A stretch of DNA of 64,000 nt from positions 496,001 to 560,000 of the forward strand of contig JANHCV010000013.1 of assembly GCA_025594325.1 (NCBI GenBank), given 5' to 3'. The stretch is from Blastocladiella emersonii ATCC 22665 (Eukaryota; Fungi; Blastocladiomycota). Both the position numbers and the translations under genes were made by a program. The notes under the pieces are model-generated. The model searched no databases and was not told the origin of the DNA. It worked only from the letters and a program-made list of their open reading frames with translations. Position 1 is the first letter of the stretch, and each line of letters begins with the position of its first letter. This document shows, one piece after another, positions 23,355 to 35,133 of this stretch.

Positions 23355-24484
23355 ATGTCTCAGAACAAGCATCTGCTGCGCCTGCAACTCGCGGCATGTA
23401 ACATGGTCTTGAACAATGGAATGTCGGTGCGCGAGGTCGGAAACAAACTTCTCTGCAGCCACTCTACGATTTCGCGCTGGGTGGTCGCTTACAGGGCGGG
23501 TGGAGTCGCTGCGTTTGAGCCCGTCCCGCGTCCGCCGCGCGAAACCAAGCTCGACGCCGACGACGATGAGGTGCGTCGCGCTCCACAAGGTATCCGCCGC
23601 GTCGGGCACGGTGCTCATCTTCAACCCGCGCTCCTGCCCCTGCAATCTAGTTTGTGCGCGTTTCCATCACCAGCACCCCGTGGCTCACCCTACGCGACAT
23701 TTCCGAGCTGCTGCGCGCGGAGCGCATCAAGTCGGTCTCCGTGTCGACGCTTTTGAGGCTTCTCGACCGCCTTGGCTTCTCGAAGACGGTGGTCAAGTTG
23801 CGCGGCGCCAACTACAACGAGGAGGCGCGCGCCGCCTGGCGCCAGTACGTCGAAACCGCTGGCTTCAGGGCCGACCAGCTTGTCTTCTGCGACGAGTGCG
23901 GCATCCAGCCGACAGCGGCCAACCACCGCTTCGCGTGGAGCGAGACAGGGGTCCCCGCCGTCATTGTGCAGCCGCGCGCGCCCACGAGCACGCGTGTCAA
24001 CCTCGTTGCAGCCATTTCCACGTTGAGGCCCCTCCTCGCGCACGCCGCGCCGTACAGCATCAACATGGAGACATTTTGGACCATCATTCGCGACGACCTG
24101 GTACGTTGCGTCGATCTTGTGCTCCGACCCCATCCACTTCACGCGTCTCGCCTACACCTCTCGTTCCTGTAGATCCCGCACATGAATCCTTATCCCGAGC
24201 CGTGCTCAATCCTCGTTCTCAACAACGCTTCGTTCCACCACTCGCACAGACACATTGCCGAACTCGAGCGCGAGTTTGGCATCGCGGTACGCTTCCTTCC
24301 GCCGTACTCGCCCAACATGAATCCCATCGAAAACACTTTCAGCACATTCAAGGCTTCGCTCATCAGCCACCCGATCACGGGCCTGGACAAGGACGATCTC
24401 CCGCACGCGTACGCGGAGCGCTACTTTGACTGCATCACGCCAGCTTCGAGCGCTCGCTACGTCGCTCATGCCGGCTACAATTGA
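23355..24484 (+). CDS. IS630/Tc1/mariner-superfamily transposase, about 325 aa, 3 exons, probably inactivated
   Basis: Exons 23355-23570, 23651-24100 and 24173-24484 (GTGCGT..CTAG, GTACGT..TGTAG). HTH region SVREVG..CSHSTISRWV, second HTH LTLRDI..VSVSTLLR. DDE-domain motifs LVFCDECG, LVLNNASFH, FLPPYSPNMNPIE. Confidence 0.9.
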
Positions 24485-24546
24485 GTCGAGTCGGATACGG
24501 TGAACTCGTTGTGTATATGGGATAGGACGGGGGAGGGTATAGGAGA

Positions 24547-24595
24547 TACATCACATCACATCACATCACATCACCATCACCATCACCATCACCAT
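24547..24595 (+). repeat. Compound microsatellite (ACATC)n(ACCATC)n
   Basis: Read directly; the opposite strand encodes the DGDGDGDVM C-terminus of the convergent gene. Confidence 0.85.
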
Positions 24596-27339
24596 CGTCA
24601 GAATCGTCAACGACGGCCGTCACACGAGCCCGACCGTGACCCTGCGGTGGACCCGCAGGCGGCGGCGGGAGACCCATGCCGAACATCTGCGCCGCGATCG
24701 GCATACCAAAGTTGGCTGACGCGTTGGCCGGCGCGTTGCGGCGGTGCTGCTCGGTCGGCTGCATCGGCATCGGAGCAGCTGGTAAAGGAAGCGTCGCGTA
24801 CACGGAGGGACCGGGAAATTGGACGAAGCGGGCGGGATACGCAGCGTGGCCCATGGCGGCCATCATGCCGCCGACGATCTGGCCAGCAAAGCGCCTGAGT
24901 TGCTCGTTAACTGCCGCCCCAATATTGTTGGACTCGCCCTAGTCGTGCGATGCGGCGCGTTCTGGGTCAGGTTGCTGGCGGTACATGCGCACGCTCAGAG
25001 TCGCGCGTACCTTGTGATATCTGCGTCGAGGGCTGCGCAAGCGGGACCGTGTACGCGAACGCGAGCGGCGGTCACGGCGACGTGGGCGCGGGCGCGAGCG
25101 TGAGCGTGATCGAGATCGGGAACGGTGGTCACGGCTACGTGAGTGCGAGCGAGGCCGGGAACTCGACGACGCGTATGAAGAGCGGTTGTCAGCACGCGTT
25201 GGGACACTCGGCTGCGGCGGTGGACGAGGCCGCGGCAAAGGGGAGCGGCCGCGCGCGTGCGAAGGGCGGTCGCGCGAGCTGGAGCGGGAACGAGCCCGCG
25301 ACGACGATGCCGATGGCTCGCCTGAGCGCGAGCGGCGGTCGCGCGTCGGTTCGGCTACGTCCAAGCGAGCCGATGGGGTCGGCGTTGGACGAGCGGGAGC
25401 CGCAGTCGCACTCGGCGGCGGAGCAGCAGGTACAGCGACGCGGTCCATGGTCGGCGGATCGGCGAGCACGGCGGCGCGGTTCGTGGTCGGGTGTTGGTCG
25501 TGGTACAAGCGCTCCATCGACTCCTACATGCTGGCCCGGGCCTGCGCCATGAAGTCCTCGTTCAGCTGCTCGGCGAGGCCGTTGTCGGGATCGTCGAGCG
25601 AGTGCAGCGGCGAGTCCTCGCGTCGGTCGAGCGTGCGAGAGCTGGCGGTCCGCGTCGCGAGTCGGATCGCGGGATCGTCGCCCGGCAGCGGCAGCGGCAG
25701 CGGCCGCGGCGGTACGAGCGGCGCGGGCGTATCGCGCGGATCGAGTGGATCAGCACGACCGCGAGTACCTGCAGAACTACCAGCGAGCGACGCGGCCGAC
25801 CCGCCGAAGCGACCCGGAGCGGCGGCACGGGTAGTCGTAGCGCTGGCCTGCGACTCAGCGATGAGCGTGTGCGGGGCAGAGCGCGGCGAGGCGGCAGCAG
25901 ACGCGGCTGCAGCTGCGGCCACGGCGCGCGCGCTCGGGACGATGGTCTAGAATCAGGGAGCGTGCGCAAGGTCAGTGCAAGTCGGCGAGTATCACACGCA
26001 CGGCAAACGTACGTCACGCGCGGGCCGAGGGCCAGCGCGAACATGACCATGCCGCCCATCCGTCGCTGCGCCAAGCGGCGGCGCACGAGCGCTGGCGGTC
26101 GGCGGCTCGCTGCGCGACGGAAAGACGACCTGCGGCGCCGCCACCGCGGTCGCACGCGCACACAGCTTGTTCAAGCAGTCCGTGTCGACAATGATGGTTG
26201 GCACCTTGTTCGTGTTGACGGCCGCCTGCACCATGAGCTTGAGCATGTCCTTGTTGACAAGCGCAAAGGTGTTGGCGGGGTCGTAGGCCTCGGGCTTCTT
26301 GGACTTTCGAGACGAGGTGGGGAACGTGTAACGGAGCGGCGCCTTGGCCACACACGAGTAGCTGCAGGCGCAGAGCGTGTCGTCGAGCGTGGTGTTGAAC
26401 GTATCCCACACGTTGGCAGCCCCCGCCATTTTGATGAGCATCTGCGCGTTCATGGGGCAGTTGTTTTTGCAGCGGCCGTTGATCTTGAGGTTGGCCTCGA
26501 GGGTCTTCAAAGAAGACGACGGCGACGCGGACGTGGTCGACGCAGACGCGGTTGGCGCGGGCGACCGCAGGGCCGGCGGCTTGCGCGACGACGTTGGACC
26601 AGGAATACGGCGAGTAGCAAGCTGGCGGCTCGAGCTTGCGCGCGCGGGCTTGTCAAGCTGCTCGTACTCGTCGTGGTCGTGGTCATCATCTCCATCGCTC
26701 GCCTCCTCACCACGGTCAGCGCCAGCGCCAGCGTCGCTTTCCAGCTCCGAAAGCGTCGACTCGCCGTCGTTGTCGTCGACAGGGTGATGGAGGGCGGGCG
26801 CTGTAGATGCGCCGAGTGGAACCGAGGACGAACTAGACTCGCGGCGCACGAGAGGGAGTGAGTCGTCACGAAGACAGGGTGGTGCGCCAGCGAGTCTGCG
26901 TACCAAGCAGCTGAGTACTCCTTGTCGCACGTTGAGCACATGTTCACGGCGACCTTGCTTGGACTAATGATGCCGAACACCGTGTCGAGGTGCTTGAACA
27001 GCGTGGTACCGTTGGGTTTCAACTTGAGAAAAGCGCGAGCACCGGCCGGCATCGTCTCGAGAGTGCCGGGCCAAAATTCAATGGCTACGCGCGGAAGCAA
27101 GGGGCAAGCGCGTTAGTTGCAGCGCGACGGCGGCCAAGCTGGATGCACGTACTCTTCTGCCCAGGCGGCGGAAGCAGCATACCGCTGCAGAAAGGATCGC
27201 GGCAGTCCCCGTGGCCGCCCATGAGGCAGATGCCGCAGCTGAAGCAGCCAGTGGGGCCAACTCGAAGCGTCTTTTTCGAGCGCCGGACGTTCATGGCGAG
27301 CACCGCAGCGGGTAGGTCGTCAAGTTCGTACGTCGGCAT
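24561..27339 (-). pseudogene. Five-exon cargo gene, about 833 codons, one in-frame TAG; Cys-rich N-terminus, acidic tract, globular core, RS-rich region
   Basis: Exons 27339-27153, 27084-26904, 26832-26013, 25946-25011 and 24938-24561. All four introns (66-72 nt) start GTACG, end TAG and are phase-compatible. TAG at 25526-25524 (ASM*ESMERL). Confidence 0.72.
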
Positions 27340-28586
27340 GGCGGAGGGTGGCCTGCCGTTCCAGCGCCGACACGCGACGGACAGCAGAGGAGGGGGAGGA
27401 GGAAGGGCGAGGACGGCGGTGACTCGGCGCGCGGGTTGGGTTGCTGGAGGTGTGGGTGGTGCGGTCGCGACACGGCGGCCGAGAGTGGTGGTTGAGCAGG
27501 AGCAGGAGCAGGCGCTGCTCGAATGCGGGAGAGAGGACGGGCAGCGGAGGTCGGAGGTCGAAGTGGAGCCAAGCCGCGGGCGAGCGGAAGGCCGTGGCGG
27601 TGGCTGTGCGCGCGCGTCGCCTCAGCGTGGGCGGGCATTTTCAGCTCGCCGCGCCGCCCGAAAGCGCGCCGCCACACGCAAAGCAGGGGACCAAGGACAA
27701 CAATGCATCGAGTGGGCAACGGGATTTATTCATGTGGTGGGATTTTTGAGTGGCCCGAACAGTCAAGGGCGCCCAAGTCGAGGTGGCGCGGCGCCTTGCG
27801 GGATCCGATCGCGCGCGCCCACCCTCACTGTCGCGTGATTCCGCGGCGCCAAGCGCTTCCCCTTACAAAACAACAGAGGGTTGCTCCATCGCCGGGGATC
27901 AATCAGCAGGGGTGATGGAAATCGGGGTGAAAGGAGTGCAGCAGGCGCCTTCGACGCGACGCGTCTCGTTTCACTGTTGGCTGTGGCATCGCGGCCGATG
28001 CGGCCATGGCCACCGACGCACGGGACGACGCGAAGATCGGCGCCAGCTTTGTCCAGCACTGATCAAGACGGTGATGCCAGGTCGGACTCGAGGGCGTGTG
28101 TAAGGTCGGCAATGCAAGGGGTGCGCGGGGAAGTGGAGCGCGCTTGCAGGGCTTCTCGCCGAGCCCCCTCCCTCCCTCCCTCATCGCCGAAATGGCTCCC
28201 GCGACCCGAGGCCTGGCGTCGGCCCTCTGGCGTCAGGTCGGCGGCGGTCCCAGCCAAACCGGCGTCGGACCTGACGCCAGGTGCGACGCGAAGGTCATGG
28301 CTCGGCGTCACGAGGGTCCCTGCTCCCCGCCACCTACCACGTCCGCCATGAACCATGAATTTTATGCCTCGGCAACTTGATGCAACATGTTTATGGTTTA
28401 TGGGCAATCGCTTGAGACTTTGACGCGGTGAAGAGAGGCTTTGCGCTTCGACTCGTGTTTGACCCGTGAGACCGCATCGCTCGCGTGCGCGAACTTCGCG
28501 CAAAGTCACCGCCGCGGTAGTTGAGAGAACGAGATCATGTATTTCGACCAGCGGCGCACGCCACGCGCCGCAGCTCGTTTTCGTTG

Positions 28587-29250
28587 TTAGTTCTTTAAGG
28601 GATGGCGCTCGCTACGCGCCGCCGCCGCAGGACCCGACTGGGTCCCCTGCACCACCACCTCAAGCAGGTCGCGCTCCCACAGGTACGCCATGAGCGCGGC
28701 TGACCCCGCGCAGTCGAACGGGATGAGCAGCCACTCCCGGTACTCGATGTCGAGCTTGAAGTTGCCTGCGCCCCAACTCGTCAGCGCCGCGGGCCAATCG
28801 GAGTTGGGCACGACGTGAACGAACGTCTGGAAGGCCGCCACGCTCACGGCGTGGTACCGACCGAGGCCCATACCCGGCTCCGCGGGATGCAGGGCGAGCG
28901 CCTGTACGGGAATGTCCTTGTACGTCACCGTGCTGCCCGGCGCGTCGTTCTGGACGCGGAACTGCTCGACGATGGCCACTTTGTGCTCGGTGCCGTTGTG
29001 CGTGAAGTGCAGCGCGGCGGCCGGCTTCCCGACGCGGTACTTCTTGTCCGACGTGAGATAATACCGTACGCGAGATAATAGCAGATGTTAGCGACTGAAC
29101 GATTTGGGTATGAGCACACAGCAGGCGGCGAACCATGACCCAGTTCGTGTGCGCCTTGCCACGGATTGGGAACTTGCACTTGCCTGTGAGCTGCTCGTTG
29201 CGGAATCCGCCGAGCGAAAAGGCCTCGAACGAGATCGCCTTGGACATGGA
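28587..29250 (-). pseudogene. Small cargo gene resembling the C-terminal domain of Plavaka/CMC-type transposases
   Basis: ...HTNWVM|YYLTSDKKYRVGKPAAALHFTHNGTEHKVAIVEQF...HAVSVAAFQTFVHVVP. The intron has a GTTCGC donor and GCTAAC branch, but the expected acceptor reads GTACGG instead of GTACAG. The family resemblance is from memory of the motif pattern only. Confidence 0.4.
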
Positions 29251-30339
29251 GAAGTACACGTGTCGCGGGGCGTGAGCGTCAGTTTCTTGTGCTTGTGATA
29301 CAAATCGCGCGCACACGGGGGTACCTTGACGTCGTCGGGACCCAGCATCGGGTTGTCGGCCGCTCGCTGCGCCGAGAGTCCGGAACCCACTTGTGCGCTG
29401 CTCCCAGAATGCGGTCGTTCATGAGCTCAAGCGGATGCTCGAACAACGCCCGAGAATCAGTGCGAACATCCAGTCGGCGCTGATGCGCGGATCAACGTTC
29501 AGTTGAGCTCCTGGCGCGTGGAAATCTCGAGCTCGACGGGTGACGACATTGAGTTCAGGACCCTGTAAGGGCAATCACACGGATTCGACATCTCCAGGGA
29601 CGGTATAAGTAGAGCTCGACACTTTGAGTCGGTTGCATAGAGTCAGTGGATGGGTTTACATGGTGCGTCGAGCGGTGAGGGAGGCGAGGGACGCGAAGGT
29701 CACGCCACGTGACGCGTTCGACTTTCGCCGATCGCTCTTGAGCGTGTGCGTTGGGCGCGGATGGCTGCGGCTCCCGCCGAACCGCCAAGTCCTCAGCTCA
29801 CTCCTCTATCACCATGCACACGACGCATCCACCCCCTCCGCATCGCGTGCGGCTCTCGTCTGTCTGTCGCCCGCGCCGCGGCGGCGCCCGTGTCATGCGG
29901 TCGCCTTCGCCGCCTCGCTCGCCATGCCCGAGTCGTGTCCGCGGCCTCCAAGCTCGCCTAAGACAACGGCCCGACCCCCACGACGTGCTCGGGACCACCA
30001 AGGAGGCGTACGTCGCCGCTGCGGCGGTGCATCCGCGTTGTGCTGAGTCGCCGCGAGCGCGCGTATTCCGTCGACTCATCTGCCCCACTTTCGCCCTTCC
30101 CTTCGACACCCTTCGCCCTCGCCACGCGCGGGACCGCTGCCGATCGTCCTCCGCGTTGGATTGGCTCGGCTCCGCCCGTCATCACCCCTTATCACTCTCC
30201 GCCTTGAACATTTCGTTCGAACCACGCTGACCCGTGTCTTTTCCCACCTCAGTAGTCCGGATCTCCGCCCACCGAGCGCTCGTGCTGAGCCGTGCCAAGC
30301 GCGCCTCGTGTGACACGCGATCGGCCGTCTCGGCGACGC

Positions 30340-31137
30340 GTCCATGGCCACGCAGCGGACTCGACCGGGCTGTTCGACAAGGGCCTCGCCAAGCGCGTGC
30401 ACGGCCGAGTTCGGCAGGGTGTGCGCGTGTATCGCCGAGGCTACGGTGCGACCCGCTTTCTGACGCGTCCTCGGTGGTGTAGCGACCACGTTCCTCGCCG
30501 TTGTGATTAAGGCCGCCAAGCTGCTCCGCAATGCGGTACGCTTTCTCACTCGCTGTGGGCGTTTGCGCCGCCCGGACCTCGTGGCCGTCGTCGCCCGCGT
30601 GCCCGTGGTGCCGTCAAGGCCGAGATCGGCTCGACCACCGACTGCATTGCCATGGTCACCAAGGACGCGTCTGCAACGTCAACCACGGCCCCGACCATGA
30701 CCATTGACTCTGACGTGCTGTTCCTCGGCCTCGCCAAGGCGATCAAGGTCAAGTACCGCGTGATTGAGGGCAACTTTGGTCACGGTGCGTTCCCGACCTG
30801 GTTTGCTGCAATGGACGCGCACCTTGAGCACCTTGCTGACGCACACGCACCTCCCGCTGCAGATCAAGCTGTCGGGCGCTGGCGCCAAGATCGACAAGTT
30901 CCTCGACTCGCTGTCGTGCGCGGACAAGTGGGACTGAGCGACCATGACCTCGCAGTACGTCTCTCACGCACGATCATCTCCCCCGCCCGGCTTTGCTGAC
31001 TCCGCGTCCCTCACCACCAGGGCGACGGCTGTCGGCGGCGCACAAGTCCAAGTTCGATCTGCTGCGACGGCCGGCGACCACAGCCGTCGCCAGCGTCAAG
31101 TTGGAGATCAAGTCGCTCAACATCAAGGAGTGGTAGC
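30340..31137 (+). pseudogene. Degenerate multi-exon cargo gene of unknown function
   Basis: Segments with coding-like codon usage (DSDVLFLGLAKAIKVKYRV; IKLSGAGAKIDKFLDSLSCADKWD; RRLSAAHKSKFDLL...LEIKSLNIKEW*) are separated by GTGCGT/GTACGT..CAG intron-like stretches, but the phases do not reconcile. Confidence 0.35.
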
Positions 31138-31624
31138 GGCGGCGGTGGTGGCCACGGACGAGCTCGGGCCGCGAGCGCCGGACTGGCGCGGCGGTGGCCG
31201 CGCGTGGCGGCGTACTATGATTATTCTAGCGCTTTTATTCGAATGGGTCTATTGAAATACCTATCAGAAGAAGCACGTGATTCATCATTGAGGCGCATCG
31301 CGTCCCGCTCCGCTGACCCCAACGCGACCTCTTAGGAAGGAGTGGCGTAGCACATTGCCCGTGTCTGTGCGCGCTCCAAGTCCTGACTCCGCCTCACATC
31401 GCCCGTAAACTCTTGCGCAACCCCACATGGCCGGGAGCTGTGGTGGCAACTGAGAGCAGCGCTAGCGGTGGGGAGCTTGGGTTCCCGCGCGTATGGTTAC
31501 GCAATTCATGTTCGCATCGTGTAACCGTGGGTGGTTACAAGCCATTACCTCAAGGATCATTAAGCAGGAAAGAGAAAAATATGGAGTTCACGATGTGCCG
31601 TCTGGTCGTGGTTTGATTGTGGAC

Positions 31625-32341
31625 TGCTGCAGGTTCAGTCGCGGTTCAGTCGCTGTTCAGTCGCGTTCAATCACGGTTTACTCCGAGTTCAGTCGCTGTT
31701 CAGTCGCGGTTCAGTCACGGTTTAGTCGAGGTTTAGTCGAGGTTTAGTCGAGGTTCAGTCGAGGTTCAGTCGAGGTTCAGTCGCGGTTCAGTCGAGGTTC
31801 AGTCGCGGTTCAGTCGCGGTTTAGTCGCGGTTTAGTCGCGGTTTAGTCGCGGTTTAGTCGCGGTTTAGTCGCGGTTTAGTCGCGGTTTAGTCGCGGTTTA
31901 GTCGCGGTTTAGTCGCGGTTTAGTCGCGGTTTAGTCGCGGTTTAGTCGCGGTTCAGTCAAGGTTTGGTCGCGGTTTACTCCGAGTTCAGTCTGAGTTTAG
32001 TCGCGGTTTAGTCGCGGTTTAGTCGCGGTTTAGTCGCGGTTTAGTCGCGGTTTAGTCGCGGTTTAGTCGCGGTTTAGTCGCGGTTTAGTCGCGGTTTAGT
32101 CGCGGTTTAGTCGCGGTTTAGTCGCGGTTCAGTCAAGGTTTGGTCGCGGTTTACTCCGAGTTCAGTCTGAGTTCAGTCGAGGTTTAGTTGAGGTTCAGTC
32201 ACGGTTTAATCAAGATTTTGTTGAGGTTTAGTCAAGGTTCAGTCGAGGTTTAGTCGCAGTTCAATTGAAGTTTAGTCAGGGTCTGATCCGAGTCTGATGC
32301 GGGTTTGGTCCGAGTCTAGTCAGGGTTTACTCATGGGTTTA
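31625..32341 (-). repeat. Right subterminal tandem array (TTAGTCGCGGT)n, inverted relative to the left array
   Basis: Long perfect runs at about 31810-31950 and 31997-32130. A variant block recurs at 31951 and 32127, giving a 176-bp (16 x 11) higher-order repeat. Confidence 0.92.
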
Positions 32342-32523
32342 GTCGCTGACTGTCTCATCGGAAGTGAAAATGGGTGTATCAGGTCGGACGTCACAACGCC
32401 GCTCACATGAAATCCAGACGTGCGTTTGGGCTCAGTCGATTTGTCGCGAGTTCGCGAGTTGGGAGACAAAAACGTTGAGAATGTGTGTATCGAGGTTGGT
32501 AGCGAACACAAAAGAAAAATACT

Positions 32524-34837
32524 CTAGAATCGGTCATTCGTTCGGGTCAACTTATTCTTGAGGCGATGCTCAACAACGTTCAGTGCTTGAGTAAAGCCCG
32601 GGTCCGAAGTCGCGACGGGAGCAAGCCGCTTCAAGTCGCGGATGACGGAGTCCCGATCCGAATGTATGTAAGTGAGCTGGGCAAGATCGTAAGCGGAGGC
32701 TACACCGTCAAAGATGGCCTCGGGCAGGTAGCTCGTAATGTAGCGAGCAGCTCCCGGGTGGCGCTTGATGAGCTGGAACATGGACTGCGGGTCAGCTCGC
32801 GCAAGTGTATCAAGGAAGGCACGCAACGGCCCATTCGGGGCCGACTTGGCGCAGCAATTATTTGAGAGCTCGAGCCGCGCCGCCTGCTGCACGCGGGACC
32901 AATGCTCGGACGTCACCTTCGCCGACTTCTGGTAAAAGCGGTTGTCGTATGCCGACAAAGCGGCCGGGAACCGCGATAAGAGAACAGCGAGCGCGTCGCG
33001 CCACGGTTGCTGGTACACAAGCGGACACTTGTCGCAAAACTCGAGCTCGGGCGCCACGTCCAAGCACGGCTCACGGTCCGAAATGCTGGTGTGAAGCATG
33101 GCACCGAGAAAGTACGGTGCCGTACCCGTGCTGGCAATTATTTCGAGCGCGCGATCTCGGGTGGCGGAAGCCGCGAGCGCCACGACCACAATCCAAGACG
33201 TCCACTTGGAGAGCGAGCTTAGGTCTGCGCCCTCCGTGCCAAGCATTCCGACCGTTTGCGCCGTGATTGAGAGAACGTCGAGCGTATCCGCAAAGAGATC
33301 CCAGTTAAGCAGCCTTTCAAGCGAGTCGGCGACTTTCTCGCTGAGAGCGAGCGTTTCGGCGAACTGCGGGACAAAGTCATGCGAGCTGGTATCCCGGGCC
33401 AACCACACGACGCCATGAATGGCAGAATTTTCGAGCGAGTTTTTGAAGGCTACACGTCGCAAATCGGGCCATGGGTCAGACTCGCGTCCTTGTCAATCCA
33501 ACAAATCCCGTCAGTACGAACCATGGCCGAGAACTTCGTCCCAAAGCTCTTCATCAACCCGTTCGTAAGCAAAATCGGCGCCCCAGTCCGGGACAGCATG
33601 ATCGCGATTCGGCGTTAAAAACGAGGAAACGACCACATCACTCCAGTCCTCGACAGTAAGCTCGAGTGCGCCAGCGTCAAGAAACGTAGCAAATTCGGCC
33701 TCAGTAATCCGGGAAAAGGTAAGCCAGACGCGTGTTTCGGCGAAAAGGTACCGTTTCTGTTGGGCGTCCTGTCCCGCGAGGCTTTGCTGCGGGTGATTTT
33801 TCAAAGCGCGCGCAAGAGGCGTTGGTCCGAGCGCAGAAATCGTCGTGGCAAGCGAACGAGATTCTTGCCACGAGTTGGTCCAGCCGTGGTCAAGGAGCCA
33901 GTTGAAGACTCGAGCCGCGCTCGCCTTGCGCGCAGCAACTGCGCTCGTGTCGGCCAGTTTGCCCGGGGTTCGACGGCTCTGCGCATGGTTCATAATGGCT
34001 CCTACAGGGGGCTTGAATGAGGCGCACTTGGTGAGCGATGGCGTATCAAGACCAGAAGCCAGCACGGCCTGAAGAAGGTCGTCTTCGAGCGAGATGACGG
34101 CGTAAACGCCAAGAAAGTCGATAAAGCGCAGAGGGAACTCTCCCATTGACCCGCGATCGTCGTCCGTGAGTTGTACACCCTGAATAGTACGCCATTCAAG
34201 CCACTTGTGCGTGATAGTTAGCACCTGCGGCAATTTGCTTGACACGTCGGCGATCAGGTACTTGAGAAGCGAGGCACGAGAGGTCACGACCGCCTCAATC
34301 AGGACGCGAAGGAAAGGAACGAGGGGTTCTCGCATGAGGCGCGTCACGGTTATTTTGAGCGGCAACGCGCCGTCATTCGCAAGAATGCAATTCGAGAGCT
34401 GTTCGGTGGACTTGCCTGCAACAAACTCTGCAAGCCGGTCACCGCCGATGCAGGCAACGTAGGAACGAAGTAGGGCGTCCCGTCTCGGTGACGGCTACAC
34501 CGTTGGACCGCTGTTTAGCGAATACATCGATCACGGTATGAACTGTTCGGGTACGTACATCCTTGAGCGACGCTGCCGTTGATACGGCGAAATGGGCAGC
34601 CCGACGGCCATAGGGCTGAGGTGCGCGAGCAGGCGGAAACAGAAGCGGGTGAACCCATGCGATAAGGGCTCGCGGTTCACGGATGGCCGTCGCAAGCGCG
34701 ACCGATGCAAGCGGAACGGCGGGCCGCGGCTGGCAAATTTGGACGACTCGTTCAAGAAGCGGCGAGGGTAGGCGCTCGAGCGTGAGTCCCACTGGGCCTG
34801 CACGTTGCAACAAGTTGGCTTTCGTTTTCTTCTTCAT
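32524..34837 (-). CDS. Family A copy A3, about 725 aa, 3 exons
   Basis: Exons 34837-34559, 34494-33522 and 33449-32524. Introns are GTACGT..GTGTAG (64 nt) and GTTCGT..GTGTAG (72 nt). Motifs LTLERLPSPLL, CDKCPLVYQQPWRDAL, NNCCA. Confidence 0.78.
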
Positions 34838-35133
34838 TCGATTACATTCGCCTGCGCGGTGGGAGCTGGTGTGAAGCCGCTCGCGGCGCAAAGGGACACC
34901 CGATCGCCGCTGTGGCGCGTCACGTTCGGTCACATGAATGTCCGTCGCGTGTTTTGAGAGACAGCGGAGACATCTGAGGGACCTTGTTCGTCCTTCATTC
35001 TGAACGTTACATCAAGTATGATATTAATATAAATTCAAACAACAGAAAAGCCGATATCCAAAGCAAACAATTTAATTTTGGGAGTCCGCCGCGTCTGCAA
35101 GCGGCTTGCAACCGCGAGCTGATATGTATCAGT

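Larger units (their letters stand above)
21165..32376. mobile_element. Giant (11,212 bp) TIR DNA transposon with IS630/Tc1-type transposase and cargo
   Basis: TA on both flanks (21163-64, 32377-78). A 35-bp perfect TIR CACCCATTTTCACTTCCGATGAGACAGTCAGCGAC is followed at both ends by inverted 11-bp arrays. A transposase gene lies inside. Confidence 0.8.

Noticed and set aside
23100-24560. Transposase as an independent small nested element
   Set aside because: No TIR pair or TA-flanked ends were found by eye around it. This is not fully excluded without a computational search.
21205-32341. The 11-bp arrays as CRISPR or telomeric repeats
   Set aside because: No unique spacers or cas genes, not a G-rich telomere-type unit, and they lie in inverted orientation directly inside TIRs.
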